Shown here: positions 30,079 through 39,226 of the stretch, piece by piece
Position numbering within the stretch: position 1 is the first letter of the stretch
Layout: each line of letters begins with the position of its first letter
Origin: Vulcanimicrobiota bacterium
GTDB taxonomy: Bacteria; Vulcanimicrobiota; Vulcanimicrobiia; Vulcanimicrobiales; Vulcanimicrobiaceae
DNA: 64,000 bases
Direction: 5' to 3'
Assembly (NCBI GenBank): GCA_963795855.1
Contig: CAWCIZ010000003.1
Coordinates: forward strand, 160,001 to 224,000
The notes under the pieces: model-generated
What the model was told of the DNA's origin: nothing
The model's input: only the letters and a program-made list of their open reading frames with translations
Databases searched by the model: none
Translations under genes and position numbers: made by a program

Positions 30079-31271
30079 TCGGCCAGCGCCGGTATCGCTA
30101 CCAGCGTTCCGTTCGTCGGCGGATCCGGAAAGTTTTGCGTGCTGCCGTTGAAGTTGACGTCGGAGACGACGAGCACGGTGTACGAGTTCAGCGAGCCGTT
30201 GAAGTTTACGTCATACGTCGGATAATACACCAAACCGCTGATTTTGGTACTCGACGAGCCGTTGAAGTTCGGGGTGCAGCTCCCGGCGCCCGGCGCAGCA
30301 TAAATCAAGACGCCTTTTTCGTTTCCGGTCGTCGGCGGTGTGAGATTCAAGTTTGCGCCGTTGAAGTTCGCGCACGCCCCGCTCGTGAAGTAGAGCGTGA
30401 CGCCGCTGCCGCTTAAGTGCGTTCCGTTGAAGTTCGGCGATCCCGTAAACACGTACGTCCCGGGATTAAACGTGATCGTCGCACCGTTGAAGTTGGGCCT
30501 GTACATGCAGCCGGGGTTCAGCGTAACGATTGCCCCGTTGTAGTTAGGCGAAGAGACGCAGGATGATGTCGACGGCGGGTTGTTCGTCAAATAGTTGCAG
30601 CCTGCGATTTGCGGGCATGGGTCGTGCGCCGGCATTGAGAGCTGCGGCCGCGCTTCGGTGAACGTGGCGCCGTTCTCGTTCGGGGTTTTTCCCGACTGGT
30701 ATCCGATTGACGCCGCGTCGACGTGCGCACCGTTGAAGTTTGCCGTGCCGTTCATGATGATGCCGCACTTGGGGCCGTCGTACGTCATGCCGTTGAAGTT
30801 GGGGGCGCCGCTGGGATTGAGTTGGTACAGGCACTCATTGTCGTTCGCGCTCATGCGCGCCACGGCGCTCGCACTCACCGCTGTTGAAGCGCCGCCGTTG
30901 ATTACGCCGGCGAAAAACGGCGCGTACGATTTCGATACGATCACGTGAACCGCCGTACCGCCGCCCGTGTATGCGTCGCTGTAATCGGTATCGACCGTTA
31001 CGGTAACGCCGTTCGAGCCGTCGGTGAACCCGTTCGAGGCTGCATCCGCCTTCGCGGCAGCCGTCGCGCTCGAAGTTCCGTACGCGACTTCCGCCGCACC
31101 GGCAAGCGCCGCGCTGTCGGCGGCCGATTGCTGCAAGCGCTGCTGGTACCGCTCGTAGCCGACGTCGACCGACAAACTCGTAATACCCGTCAGCACCGTC
31201 AACAACATCGCAACCATCACCAGCGTTTGGCCGCGTTGACCGTTAAGTCGTCGGACTGCGGAACTCTTCAT
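30075..31271 (-). CDS. tadG: TadG-like minor pilin/adhesin with a C-terminal NFNG-repeat domain
   Basis: QRG-QTLV, VDVG...LQQSAADSAALAGA TadG N-terminus; ten N-x-N-G repeats in the C-terminal half. Confidence 0.85.
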   Translation of the reverse strand: MKSSAVRRLNGQRGQTLVMVAMLLTVLTGITSLSVDVGYERYQQRLQQSAADSAALAGAAEVAYGTSSATAAAKADAASNGFTDGSNGVTVTVDTDYSDAYTGGGTAVHVIVSKSYAPFFAGVINGGASTAVSASAVARMSANDNECLYQLNPSGAPNFNGMTYDGPKCGIIMNGTANFNGAHVDAASIGYQSGKTPNENGATFTEARPQLSMPAHDPCPQIAGCNYLTNNPPSTSSCVSSPNYNGAIVTLNPGCMYRPNFNGATITFNPGTYVFTGSPNFNGTHLSGSGVTLYFTSGACANFNGANLNLTPPTTGNEKGVLIYAAPGAGSCTPNFNGSSSTKISGLVYYPTYDVNFNGSLNSYTVLVVSDVNFNGSTQNFPDPPTNGTLVAIPALAE

Positions 31272-31273
31272 GG

Positions 31274-32698
31274 CTACCTCGTAATCACAGTTGGCGTCAT
31301 CACGAACACAATGTCCGTCTGCGAATGTTGGTAATTCGTGGATTGAAAGAGTTTGCCGAGAATCGGAATTTGCGAGAGGACGGGAATCTTGGTGATGAAG
31401 CGCTGCTCGATGCGGCGCACCATGCCGCCCATGATGATCGATTCACCCGGCTGCGTGATCACGTCCGTCGAAAGTTTGCTTTCCTTGAGCGCCGGGATCA
31501 CGAACCCGTTCTCGCTGATACCGTCTTGAAAGTCGAGATCCGAGATGTCGGGCTGAATTTTCGCTTCGACCGCGCCGGTGCCGAGCAGCGTGGGCGTCAC
31601 GTTCAGCTGCACGCCGAACGGCTCGTACTGAATGCCGACCTGTCCGAGGCCGGTCGCTACCGGAATCGGCACCGAACCGCCGACCAGAAACGTTGCATTG
31701 TTGCCCGGCAGCGTCACCAGATCCGGAGCGGAGAGCAGTCGCGCGTGACCTTCCGTCATCAGCAGGCGAAGCGTCGGCGCAAGCGTCGTGACGCGAAAGA
31801 ACGGCCCCGCGTTGAGCGGTTTGCCGAGGTCGTGCGGCGCCTCGACTATCGGGAAACTCGGACCGCCTGAAATCCAGCAAGTCGGCGTGTAAATACAGTT
31901 CGAGTTGAAGGTCGCGCTCTGCAAATCCAATCCGAGATCGTTTTGCGCGGTGTGATCGACCTCGAGCACGTACACTTTCACGTCGATTTGGGACGTTGTG
32001 TCGGTGCTGATGCGATCGAGCAGCTTTCCGTCGGCCGCCAAGTACGGACCGGCCAGGCCTTTCGCGCGATCGAGGATTGCCTGCGCGGTTTGTGCGTCGT
32101 GCACGTGACCGCTGACGATGACGTTGCCTTTGCCGTCCGGATCGACGCGAATGTCGTCCGCGCCCGCGACGCTCGCGAGATCTTTTTGCAAATCTCCGAG
32201 CGGGTGCGCGACCGTCACCGCGTTGACGATCGAATATTTCTGCGCCTTTGCGTAATCGCCGAATCGGCTGAGAATGTCGTTCAGACTGCTATAGTGGGCG
32301 CCGTCGGCAACGGTGCCGCGCACGACGACGGAGTCGCGGAAGCTGACGACTTGCACGCCCGGTTCGTCGATGGACGTGCGCAGCATCTGCGCGAGGTCGT
32401 CCATCGTTTGTTCCGTCACCGTCACGTCGTACGTCTCGCGATGGCCGCCGAGCCACACGAACACCGTCGTGTGACCCGGCGTTTTTCCGTTCACCACCAG
32501 TTGCGAGGTCCCGATGGGAAGCACGCCGGCGATGCGCCCGTCGCCGACCGCAACGCGAGCCAGGCCGGGAGTCTGTAACAGGACCGAATGTCCAGACTGT
32601 ACCGAAAGCAGCGAGACGGTTTCGGCGGATGCGGGTGCGGCTGTCGTCAATACGGCGAACGCCGAGGCGACGAGCAGTCCAAAGAGCCGGTTGCGCAT
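31274..32698 (-). CDS. cpaC: Tad secretin CpaC/RcpA
   Basis: Signal peptide; RVAVGDGRIA...GKTPGHTTV N-domain; BON-like segments; secretin C-terminus ARLLSAPDL, FLVGGSVPIP, KIPVLSQIPILGKLF. Confidence 0.92.
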   Translation of the reverse strand: MRNRLFGLLVASAFAVLTTAAPASAETVSLLSVQSGHSVLLQTPGLARVAVGDGRIAGVLPIGTSQLVVNGKTPGHTTVFVWLGGHRETYDVTVTEQTMDDLAQMLRTSIDEPGVQVVSFRDSVVVRGTVADGAHYSSLNDILSRFGDYAKAQKYSIVNAVTVAHPLGDLQKDLASVAGADDIRVDPDGKGNVIVSGHVHDAQTAQAILDRAKGLAGPYLAADGKLLDRISTDTTSQIDVKVYVLEVDHTAQNDLGLDLQSATFNSNCIYTPTCWISGGPSFPIVEAPHDLGKPLNAGPFFRVTTLAPTLRLLMTEGHARLLSAPDLVTLPGNNATFLVGGSVPIPVATGLGQVGIQYEPFGVQLNVTPTLLGTGAVEAKIQPDISDLDFQDGISENGFVIPALKESKLSTDVITQPGESIIMGGMVRRIEQRFITKIPVLSQIPILGKLFQSTNYQHSQTDIVFVMTPTVITR

Positions 32699-32724
32699 GT
32701 GGTGTCTCCAGGGACCTTTCGAGC

Positions 32725-32805
32725 GGGTCGTGCGGCTATTATGCCATGGGTGGATACGTTAACACGTCAACAATCAATAGACGTTACGTTAAGTATCAGT
32801 AATTT
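32725..32805. promoter_or_regulatory. AT-rich divergent control region of the Tad locus with repeated TACGTTAA
   Basis: TACGTTAA at 32755 and 32785; ACGTCAA at 32764; extended -10-like TGGCATAAT on the minus strand toward cpaC. Confidence 0.45.
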
Positions 32806-32876
32806 CAGCCGATTTTATCTTGCGGCAGCAGCCCAGCGAGTGTCATGATGCACCCACCACAGGACACGGAGGCATC

Positions 32877-33569
32877 ATGCGGACCATAAACGCACTGGCG
32901 GTTCTAACGCTCGGTCTCTCGGCTTTACCGGCCGGGGCGCAGCAGCTTGAAACCGTTGCGACGGTCGCCGCGCACAGCGGCTACGCGTCTGCGTGGTCCA
33001 GCCAGGATTCCGTCCTGGTCCTGAGCCGGCCCGGCATCGTTGTTGTGCTGCGGCCCGGATCACCGGTGTATCAGGTGAACGACCACGACGAGGTCGCGGA
33101 CAGCGCGCCGAGCTACTCGCACGGCACACTGTACGTAACTTCGACGCTGGCCGGCCATCTGGAAGCGTTGGCGCGGCGGTTCTCCCCTGCCGCCGCGCAT
33201 GACGCGGAGCCACTTTCGATCGCCGATGCCGATGCCCGCGGTTCGATTACCATGGAGGCTCGACAACTCCAAGGCGCTGAGGCACTCACGGTCGACGGTT
33301 CCGCTCCCCCGAGTATTCCGGTCACCATCACGCTGCTGGCCGTCGTATCGTCGGATATTCCGACGATCGTCGTGAGCCGACATGACGTCGTCTCCGACGC
33401 AAGCGGTCGTTTCTCCACGATCATCCCAATCGCGTCCGCTTACGAGCGCGGCACGCTCTTACGAGTCGTCGCCACGACAGCATCCGGGGCAGGTTCTGCG
33501 TCGAGCGCACTGGTCATACAGGCGCCCAACGACGGACTTACGGTCCCCCTCGAACAGTTGCCGCACTGA
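32877..33569 (+). CDS. Secreted hypothetical protein (copper-amine-oxidase-N-terminal-like stalk plus Ig-like domain)
   Basis: RBS GGAGG then ATG; signal peptide; VVVLRPGSPVYQVND...AP...GTLYV stalk-like motif. Confidence 0.65.
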   Translation: MRTINALAVLTLGLSALPAGAQQLETVATVAAHSGYASAWSSQDSVLVLSRPGIVVVLRPGSPVYQVNDHDEVADSAPSYSHGTLYVTSTLAGHLEALARRFSPAAAHDAEPLSIADADARGSITMEARQLQGAEALTVDGSAPPSIPVTITLLAVVSSDIPTIVVSRHDVVSDASGRFSTIIPIASAYERGTLLRVVATTASGAGSASSALVIQAPNDGLTVPLEQLPH

Positions 33570-33607
33570 ACTCGATTCGCACTCTGCTCCACGAACGGAG
33601 GACTCTT

Positions 33608-33769
33608 ATGTTCAAGAATATGCTCTCGATGCTTCGCAACGATGACGGCGCCACGATGGTGGAATACGGCATCATGGTTGCACTCATCGCCGCGGTCTGC
33701 ATCGTGCTGATCGCAGCGCTGGGCGGAAAAGTTTCGACCGCGTTCTCGACTGTCAACAGCGCAATCTAG
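33608..33769 (+). CDS. flp: Flp type IVb/c major pilin (53 aa; below the ORF-track cutoff)
   Basis: MFKNMLSMLRNDDG-ATMVEYGIMVALIAAVCIVLIAALGGKVSTAFSTVNSAI*; RBS GGAGGA. Confidence 0.95.
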   Translation: MFKNMLSMLRNDDGATMVEYGIMVALIAAVCIVLIAALGGKVSTAFSTVNSAI

Positions 33770-33785
33770 AACGACACTACAGAAA

Positions 33786-33832
33786 CCGTTTAGCCGGGGC
33801 TGGCTCTCCCCTACAGCCCCGGCTCAAAACGG
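33786..33832 (+). promoter_or_regulatory. Strong intergenic hairpin after flp1 (attenuator or mRNA stabiliser)
   Basis: AGCCGGGGCTG-gctctccccta-CAGCCCCGGCT stem extended by CCGTTT/AAACGG. Confidence 0.65.
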
Positions 33833-33839
33833 CGGAGGC

Positions 33840-34010
33840 ATGATGGACGCTCAACTTCGACTCTTTCGCGATGACTCCGGTGCAACGATGGTCGAGTACG
33901 CGATCATGCTCATGTTCATAGCCGCCGTCTGCATCGCACTCGTTGCCGCGATCGGCGGCGCGACCTCATCGGAATTTTCCAGTTTCAACAGCCAGGTGAA
34001 CAGCTTATGA
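33840..34010 (+). CDS. flp: Second Flp pilin (56 aa)
   Basis: MMDAQLRLFRDDSG-ATMVEYAIMLMFIAAVCIALVAAIGGATSSEFSSFNSQVNSL*; RBS GGAGG. Confidence 0.92.
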   Translation: MMDAQLRLFRDDSGATMVEYAIMLMFIAAVCIALVAAIGGATSSEFSSFNSQVNSL

Positions 34011-34528
34011 CGCTCGCCGTGGCTTTCGTACTTGCCGCGTCGCTCGTGGCCGCGATCGCCGACGTTCGCACCCGGCGCATACCAAACGCGCTTGCAGGCG
34101 CGCTCCTCGTGAGCGGCCTCGCGCTGAACGGTTTTGCCGGATGGCACGCGGTCGCAGCCGATCTCGCGATTCTCGCTTTGGTGGTCGTTGCCGGCACATT
34201 CGCATTTTCTCTGCGTTTGATCGGCGGCGGAGACGTTAAACTGCTTGCGGCCGCCGCGGGAACGCTGGCGTATCCGTCGGGAATCGATTTTTTACTTTTC
34301 ACGCTCGTTTGCGGCGGCTTCATCGCGGTCGCGTATTCCGCATTTCGCGGGCGGCTCGGCGTGACTTTCTCGAACGTGCGCGCGATGGCGTTCCCTATTT
34401 TTACCGGGGCGGCACCGGCGCGCCCCCAGGCGGGACTTGCGATGCCTTACGCGGTCGCAATCTTCGCCGGCGCCTTTTGCACCGCACTGCTTAACGGCTT
34501 CGCGCCGCATCTGAGGATCCTGCCATGA
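34007..34528 (+). CDS. cpaA: Prepilin peptidase CpaA/TadV (A24)
   Basis: ADVRTRRIPN and GGGDVKL catalytic Asp motifs; MPYAVAI. Confidence 0.92.
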   Translation: MTLAVAFVLAASLVAAIADVRTRRIPNALAGALLVSGLALNGFAGWHAVAADLAILALVVVAGTFAFSLRLIGGGDVKLLAAAAGTLAYPSGIDFLLFTLVCGGFIAVAYSAFRGRLGVTFSNVRAMAFPIFTGAAPARPQAGLAMPYAVAIFAGAFCTALLNGFAPHLRILP

Positions 34529-35448
34529 CAAATCGGCGCACGACGCTCATCGTCGCGATCGTTCTCGCGATCGGCGCGGGGTGGCTTACCTTGAATTACC
34601 TCTCGTCGCTTCAGCGGCAGAGCAGCGCCGACGGCGCCCCGCGCGACGTCGTCGTTGCCGCGCAGCTGATTCCCGCGCGCGTGACCATTACACCCGCTAT
34701 GCTCACGCACGTGCAGCGTCCGGCAAACGCGGTCGATCCGAATGCGCTGACGGACGAACAAGCCGCGGTCGGTGCGCTCTCGCTCATTACGATACCGGCG
34801 GGTTCCGGCATCACGAGCACGATGGTTGGTCATCCGACGGACGTGGGGCTTCCCGTACGCCTCAAATCCGGTATGCGCGCCGTAAGCGTTCAGATCGACA
34901 AAGTGAAAGGCGTTTCGGGTCTCATCGAACCGGGCGACTACGTCGACGTCATCGCCGATCCGCCCAAGAGCGGCAATCAGCCGCCGCCGGCGTCCGCAAT
35001 TTTGCGCGGCGTCCGCGTGCTCGCGATCGGGCATTCGCTGGAATACAGCTCGGCAACGCCGTCACCGCAGGAAGCCGATTCGACGACCGTGACGCTCGAA
35101 GTGACGCCGAAACAAGCGGATCTCCTCGTGATGGCGGACTTGAACGCGACGCTTCGTCTTGCGCTGCGTTCGCCCAAAGAACCGCTGAACTCCGAGCCCG
35201 TCGAAGCGCTGCACTTCTTTGGATCGGGCGCCGGACAGCCCGACGACGGTTCCACGAACCAGCAAACGCCGGTAGAAGCGATGGCGATGGCGCTGAAGGC
35301 CGTCGCTCGGCCCGACGGCGCCGCCGGGCAACGCCTGCAAGATCCGCCGATCACGCATTCCACCCACGCCGATCCGCCGCTATCGTCCGTAACGATTATC
35401 GACGGCGATCATTACGCGGGGGCCAACGGAGGGTCGTCTTCGCCGTGA
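34525..35448 (+). CDS. cpaB: Flp pilus assembly protein CpaB/RcpC
   Basis: N-terminal TM; SAF domain (VVVAAQLIPA); GMRAVSV...VSGLIEPGDYVDVI; VRVLAIG; VTLEVTPKQA; LRLALRS. Confidence 0.93.
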   Translation: MTNRRTTLIVAIVLAIGAGWLTLNYLSSLQRQSSADGAPRDVVVAAQLIPARVTITPAMLTHVQRPANAVDPNALTDEQAAVGALSLITIPAGSGITSTMVGHPTDVGLPVRLKSGMRAVSVQIDKVKGVSGLIEPGDYVDVIADPPKSGNQPPPASAILRGVRVLAIGHSLEYSSATPSPQEADSTTVTLEVTPKQADLLVMADLNATLRLALRSPKEPLNSEPVEALHFFGSGAGQPDDGSTNQQTPVEAMAMALKAVARPDGAAGQRLQDPPITHSTHADPPLSSVTIIDGDHYAGANGGSSSP

Positions 35449-37536
35449 GCGTTACCTTCGCGTTCATCAATGCGAAAGGCGGGTCGGGTGCGACGACGAT
35501 CTGCGCGGAATTGGCGAGATCGCTGCGGTCCGACCGCAGCGTTGCGCTAGTAGACGGAGATCTGTCGGGCCGGCGCAACATCGCGATTTTGTTTGATGCG
35601 GTTCGCACGCTCGACAATGCGCGCGGAAACGGACCACTCGCCGTTACGCGCACCGGATCGCTCACGATCGCCGAACTTGCTCCCGCTTACGACGCGGCGT
35701 TCACGATTCATCTCGACGACGTGGAGCAACTCGCGGTATCGCTCAGCGAGAACGAGTACGTTCTCGCCGACGTGCCCGTCCCGTTTGCGGCACCGGTCCG
35801 CCCGTTCGTCGTCCGAGCGACGCGTTTTGTCGTCGTCTGCGAGCCGACGCTGCTCGGAATCGCATCCGCGCGCACGACCATTGCCGAGCTCAAACGTTTC
35901 GGCGTACCGCTCACGCGCATCGTCATTCTCACGAACTGCCGCGACGGAAGCCCCGCCGCTTCGCGCGCCGACATCGAACGCGCGCTCGAAACGAAGGTCA
36001 TGGGCGAACTGCCCGCGACCGCCGATCGCGGATACGCTAAAGCGCTTGGCGCCGTCGAGAGAATCCTGCGCTCCATCGCGACGGAGCCGGAAATCGAAGT
36101 TCTTCTGCCGAGCGCGAAAGGACTGATCCAAGACCGCCGCACCGAACCGCGCGCCGCGCACGCCATGAGCACCGCCAAGAGCGGCGGCCGCGAAGCGACG
36201 GCAAACGGGAACCGCGGCAACGCGCACAGCCGGGTGGAGCGTCGTGAAAAGCTCAAACTCGAAATTCACGAGGCGCTCAGCAGCAAGCTCAATCTCGTCG
36301 ACGCAAGTTCCGCGCATTCCGACAGCGCCAAACTCGCCGAACTGCGTCAGAAGATTGAAGATGCCGCTCAGCGCGTCCTCAACGAAAAATCGCACGGCGA
36401 ACTGACGGCCGAAGAATTCGCGCAAATCAAGGAAGACATCGTCAACGAGTCGCTCGGGCTCGGGCCGCTCGAGGACCTCATGCACGACCCGGCCGTCACC
36501 GAGATCATGGTGAACGGCCCGACGATGATCTTCATCGAACGCGGCGGCCAAATCGAACGAACGGGCAAACGCTTCAGCAGCGAGCAGCAACTGCGGCTCG
36601 TCATCGAGCGCATCATCGCCCCGCTTGGACGCCGCCTCGACGAATCCGTGCCGATGGTCGACGCGCGCTTGCCCGACGGCTCGCGCGTGAACGCGATCGT
36701 CGAGCCGCTTGCGATCGACGGCGCCACGCTCACAATTCGCCGCTTCGGTACGCGCCGTCTCACGGCGGAAGATTTGGTCGAGAAAGGCTCGGCCACCACG
36801 CAATTACTCGACTTCCTGCGCGCGTGCATCGAGGGCCGCCTCAACGTGCTCATCAGCGGTGGAACGGGCTCCGGTAAAACGACGTTCCTGAATATTCTTT
36901 CGAGTTACATTCCGAACAGCGAACGCATCATTACCATCGAAGACGCAGCGGAACTGCGTCTCAACCAGCCGCACGTCGTTCGTTTGGAAGCGCGCCCCGC
37001 GAACCTCGAGGGCCGCGGCGAAATAAAAATTCGCGATCTCGTGCGCAACTCGCTGCGCATGCGTCCGGATCGCATCGTGGTCGGCGAGTGCCGCGGCGGA
37101 GAAGCGCTCGACATGCTGCAGGCAATGAACACCGGTCACGACGGTTCGTTGACGACGGCGCACGCAAACTCGCCGCGCGACGCTCTCTCGCGGTTGGAGA
37201 CGATGGTGATGATGGCGGGCTTCGATCTCCCGGTGCGCGCCATCCGCGAGCAAATCGCCAGCGCCGTCGATCTCATCATTCAAACCGCGCGCATGCGCGA
37301 CGGCAGCCGCAAAATTACGTCCGTCAGTGAAATCGTAGGCATGGAAGGCGACGTCGTCACCATGCAAGAGATTCTGAAATTCCAGCAGCAGGGCGTCGAC
37401 GTCGACAGCAAAGTGCGCGGCGAATTTCAGTACACCGGCGTGCAGCCGCAATGCCTGCAGCGTCTCGAGGAATACGGCATCACGTACGACGTACGGCAGA
37501 CTCTCGACACTCGCTTCCGCCGGATCGCTATGGTAA
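35445..37536 (+). CDS. cpaF: CpaE(TadZ)-CpaF(TadA) fusion ATPase; true stop inferred at 37534-37536 after a 1-nt indel near 37500
   Basis: N-terminal MinD/ParA-like [18 protein letters not shown]-terminal Tad[55 protein letters not shown]. Confidence 0.88.
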
Positions 37537-38363
37537 CGCAGGTTCAAAGCGCCGCAGCCGGCATTTTCACGCGGCTCAAAGACTCCGGCCACGAACGCGC
37601 CGAGTACACGCGGCAGCTTGCGGACACGTTGGACCGCGCGGGAATAACGTACAAGCCGCAAGAGATCCTCATTGGGCTCGGCATCGCAACCGCGGTCCTC
37701 ACCATCGCGCTTGCGGCGATCACCCGCCCGCCCGCGGCGTTTGCACTGCTCTACGTGCCGGTCTCAGCCGGTGCGGCGTACATGGGCTTTTGGATGCTCG
37801 TGCGGATGAAACTGCGCAAGCGTTTGAACACGTTCGTCGAGCAACTCGAACTGGCGCTGCGGCTCATCGCAAGCGGCGTTCGCATCGGTCTGGGCCTGCG
37901 TCAAGCACTGACGATCGTCATCGAGGAAATGCCGGACCCCGCACGGCACGAATACATGCGCGTCGTAGGCCAAACGAACATCGGCGTGAGCGCGTACGAC
38001 GCGCTCGACAATCTGGCCAAGCGCATGCCGAGCAACGAAACGCTGATGATGGCCCGCGCCATTCGCATTCAGTCGCAAACCGGCGGCGACTTGGGAAAAA
38101 TTCTCGAGCACCTGGCAGAGACGATCAAAGAACGGCGCCGTATTCAGCGTAAAGTCCAGGCCCTCACAGCCGAAGGCCGCGCAAGTGCCGGCATCCTTTC
38201 CGCGCTTCCGCCGTTCTTGACCGGCTTCATTTCGCTGACCGAACCGCAGATGGGGCACGCGCTGCTGCTCACCAGCCCCGGCCACGTTGCGCTCGGCATC
38301 GTGTTCGTCCTCGAAACGCTCGGCGTAATCACCCTCATGCGCATGCTGAAGATCGACGTCTGA
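37530..38363 (+). CDS. tadB: TadB platform protein (T2SS F family)
   Basis: FVEQLELALRLIASGVRIG...QSQTGGDLGKILEHLAETIKERRRIQRKVQALTAEGR. Confidence 0.9.
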   Translation: MVTQVQSAAAGIFTRLKDSGHERAEYTRQLADTLDRAGITYKPQEILIGLGIATAVLTIALAAITRPPAAFALLYVPVSAGAAYMGFWMLVRMKLRKRLNTFVEQLELALRLIASGVRIGLGLRQALTIVIEEMPDPARHEYMRVVGQTNIGVSAYDALDNLAKRMPSNETLMMARAIRIQSQTGGDLGKILEHLAETIKERRRIQRKVQALTAEGRASAGILSALPPFLTGFISLTEPQMGHALLLTSPGHVALGIVFVLETLGVITLMRMLKIDV

Positions 38364-39226
38364 TGAGTCCGACCATTCTCGGCATCGTTTGCCTCGGCGC
38401 AGTTGCCGTCTTCCTGTTTGCGATATCGCTGATTCCTCAGCAAAGCGTTCTCAAGAAGACGCTGGAAGAGCTGGAATCGCGCGGCATGCAGCTGGACTCG
38501 AAAGGCGTGCGCGCATTTGAAAAGATCTTTTCGGCCGAACGGCGCGGGCGCCTCAAACGCCGCATCATCGAGGCCGGCTGGTACACCGTCACGCCCGCAC
38601 AGATCGGTGTGCGCATCGTCGCGGGCGGTCTCTTGGGCGTAGGCTTTGCCGGCGCGTTGGTCACGGTTCTGCATCTGAAGATGCCGGTCGGAGCGGTGAT
38701 CGTCTTGATGGCAGGCGGAATCGGATCGTATATTCCTCTCGCCTTTCTGGACAAAGCGGTCGCCGCGCGAAAAGTCGCGGTGCAGCGATCGCTGCCCGAT
38801 TTTCTCGACATGGTTGCGACTACGGTGCAAGCCGGCTTGTCCGTGAATCAATCGCTCGGGCATGCGATGGAAGTCGCGCCGGGCGCGCTGGGCGAAGAGA
38901 TTCGCGCAGCGCTTTCCGAGATTCGGCTTGGCCGCGCACGCGCCGACGCGCTGAAAGCCGCCGCGGAACGATTGCAGCAGCAGCAATTCACGACCACGAT
39001 TACCGCGATCACGCAAGCGGAGCGCTTGGGCACGAACATTTCCAAAGTTCTCAACGAACTCGCCGAAGACGTGCGAAACCATCGCATCATGCTCGTGGAG
39101 GAACACGCCGCAAAACTGCCGGTGAAGATGGTGTTCCCGATGGCGCTCTTCATGCTTCCCGCGCTGTTCGTCGTGATTTTCGGAGCGCTCGCGGCAAACT
39201 ATCTCTCCTCGCCCCACTCGCCATGA
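38363..39226 (+). CDS. tadC: TadC platform protein
   Basis: LPDFLDMVATTVQAGLS...EIRLGRARADAL...QAERLGT...AAKLPVKMVFPMALFMLPA. Confidence 0.92.
   Translation: MSPTILGIVCLGAVAVFLFAISLIPQQSVLKKTLEELESRGMQLDSKGVRAFEKIFSAERRGRLKRRIIEAGWYTVTPAQIGVRIVAGGLLGVGFAGALVTVLHLKMPVGAVIVLMAGGIGSYIPLAFLDKAVAARKVAVQRSLPDFLDMVATTVQAGLSVNQSLGHAMEVAPGALGEEIRAALSEIRLGRARADALKAAAERLQQQQFTTTITAITQAERLGTNISKVLNELAEDVRNHRIMLVEEHAAKLPVKMVFPMALFMLPALFVVIFGALAANYLSSPHSP

Noticed and set aside
30135..30810. Recurrent CCGTTGAAGTT as a CRISPR or DNA repeat array
   Set aside because: Too short, irregularly spaced and in frame inside tadG; it encodes NFNG. No cas genes are present.
34581..38363. 1260-aa ORF suggesting a giant CpaE-CpaF-TadB fusion
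   Set aside because: The first 288 codons are an off-frame overlap of cpaB. At ~37500, removing one base gives ...[14 protein letters not shown] overlapping the TadB ATG (ATGGTAA), so the TadA-TadB join is most likely an indel artefact.
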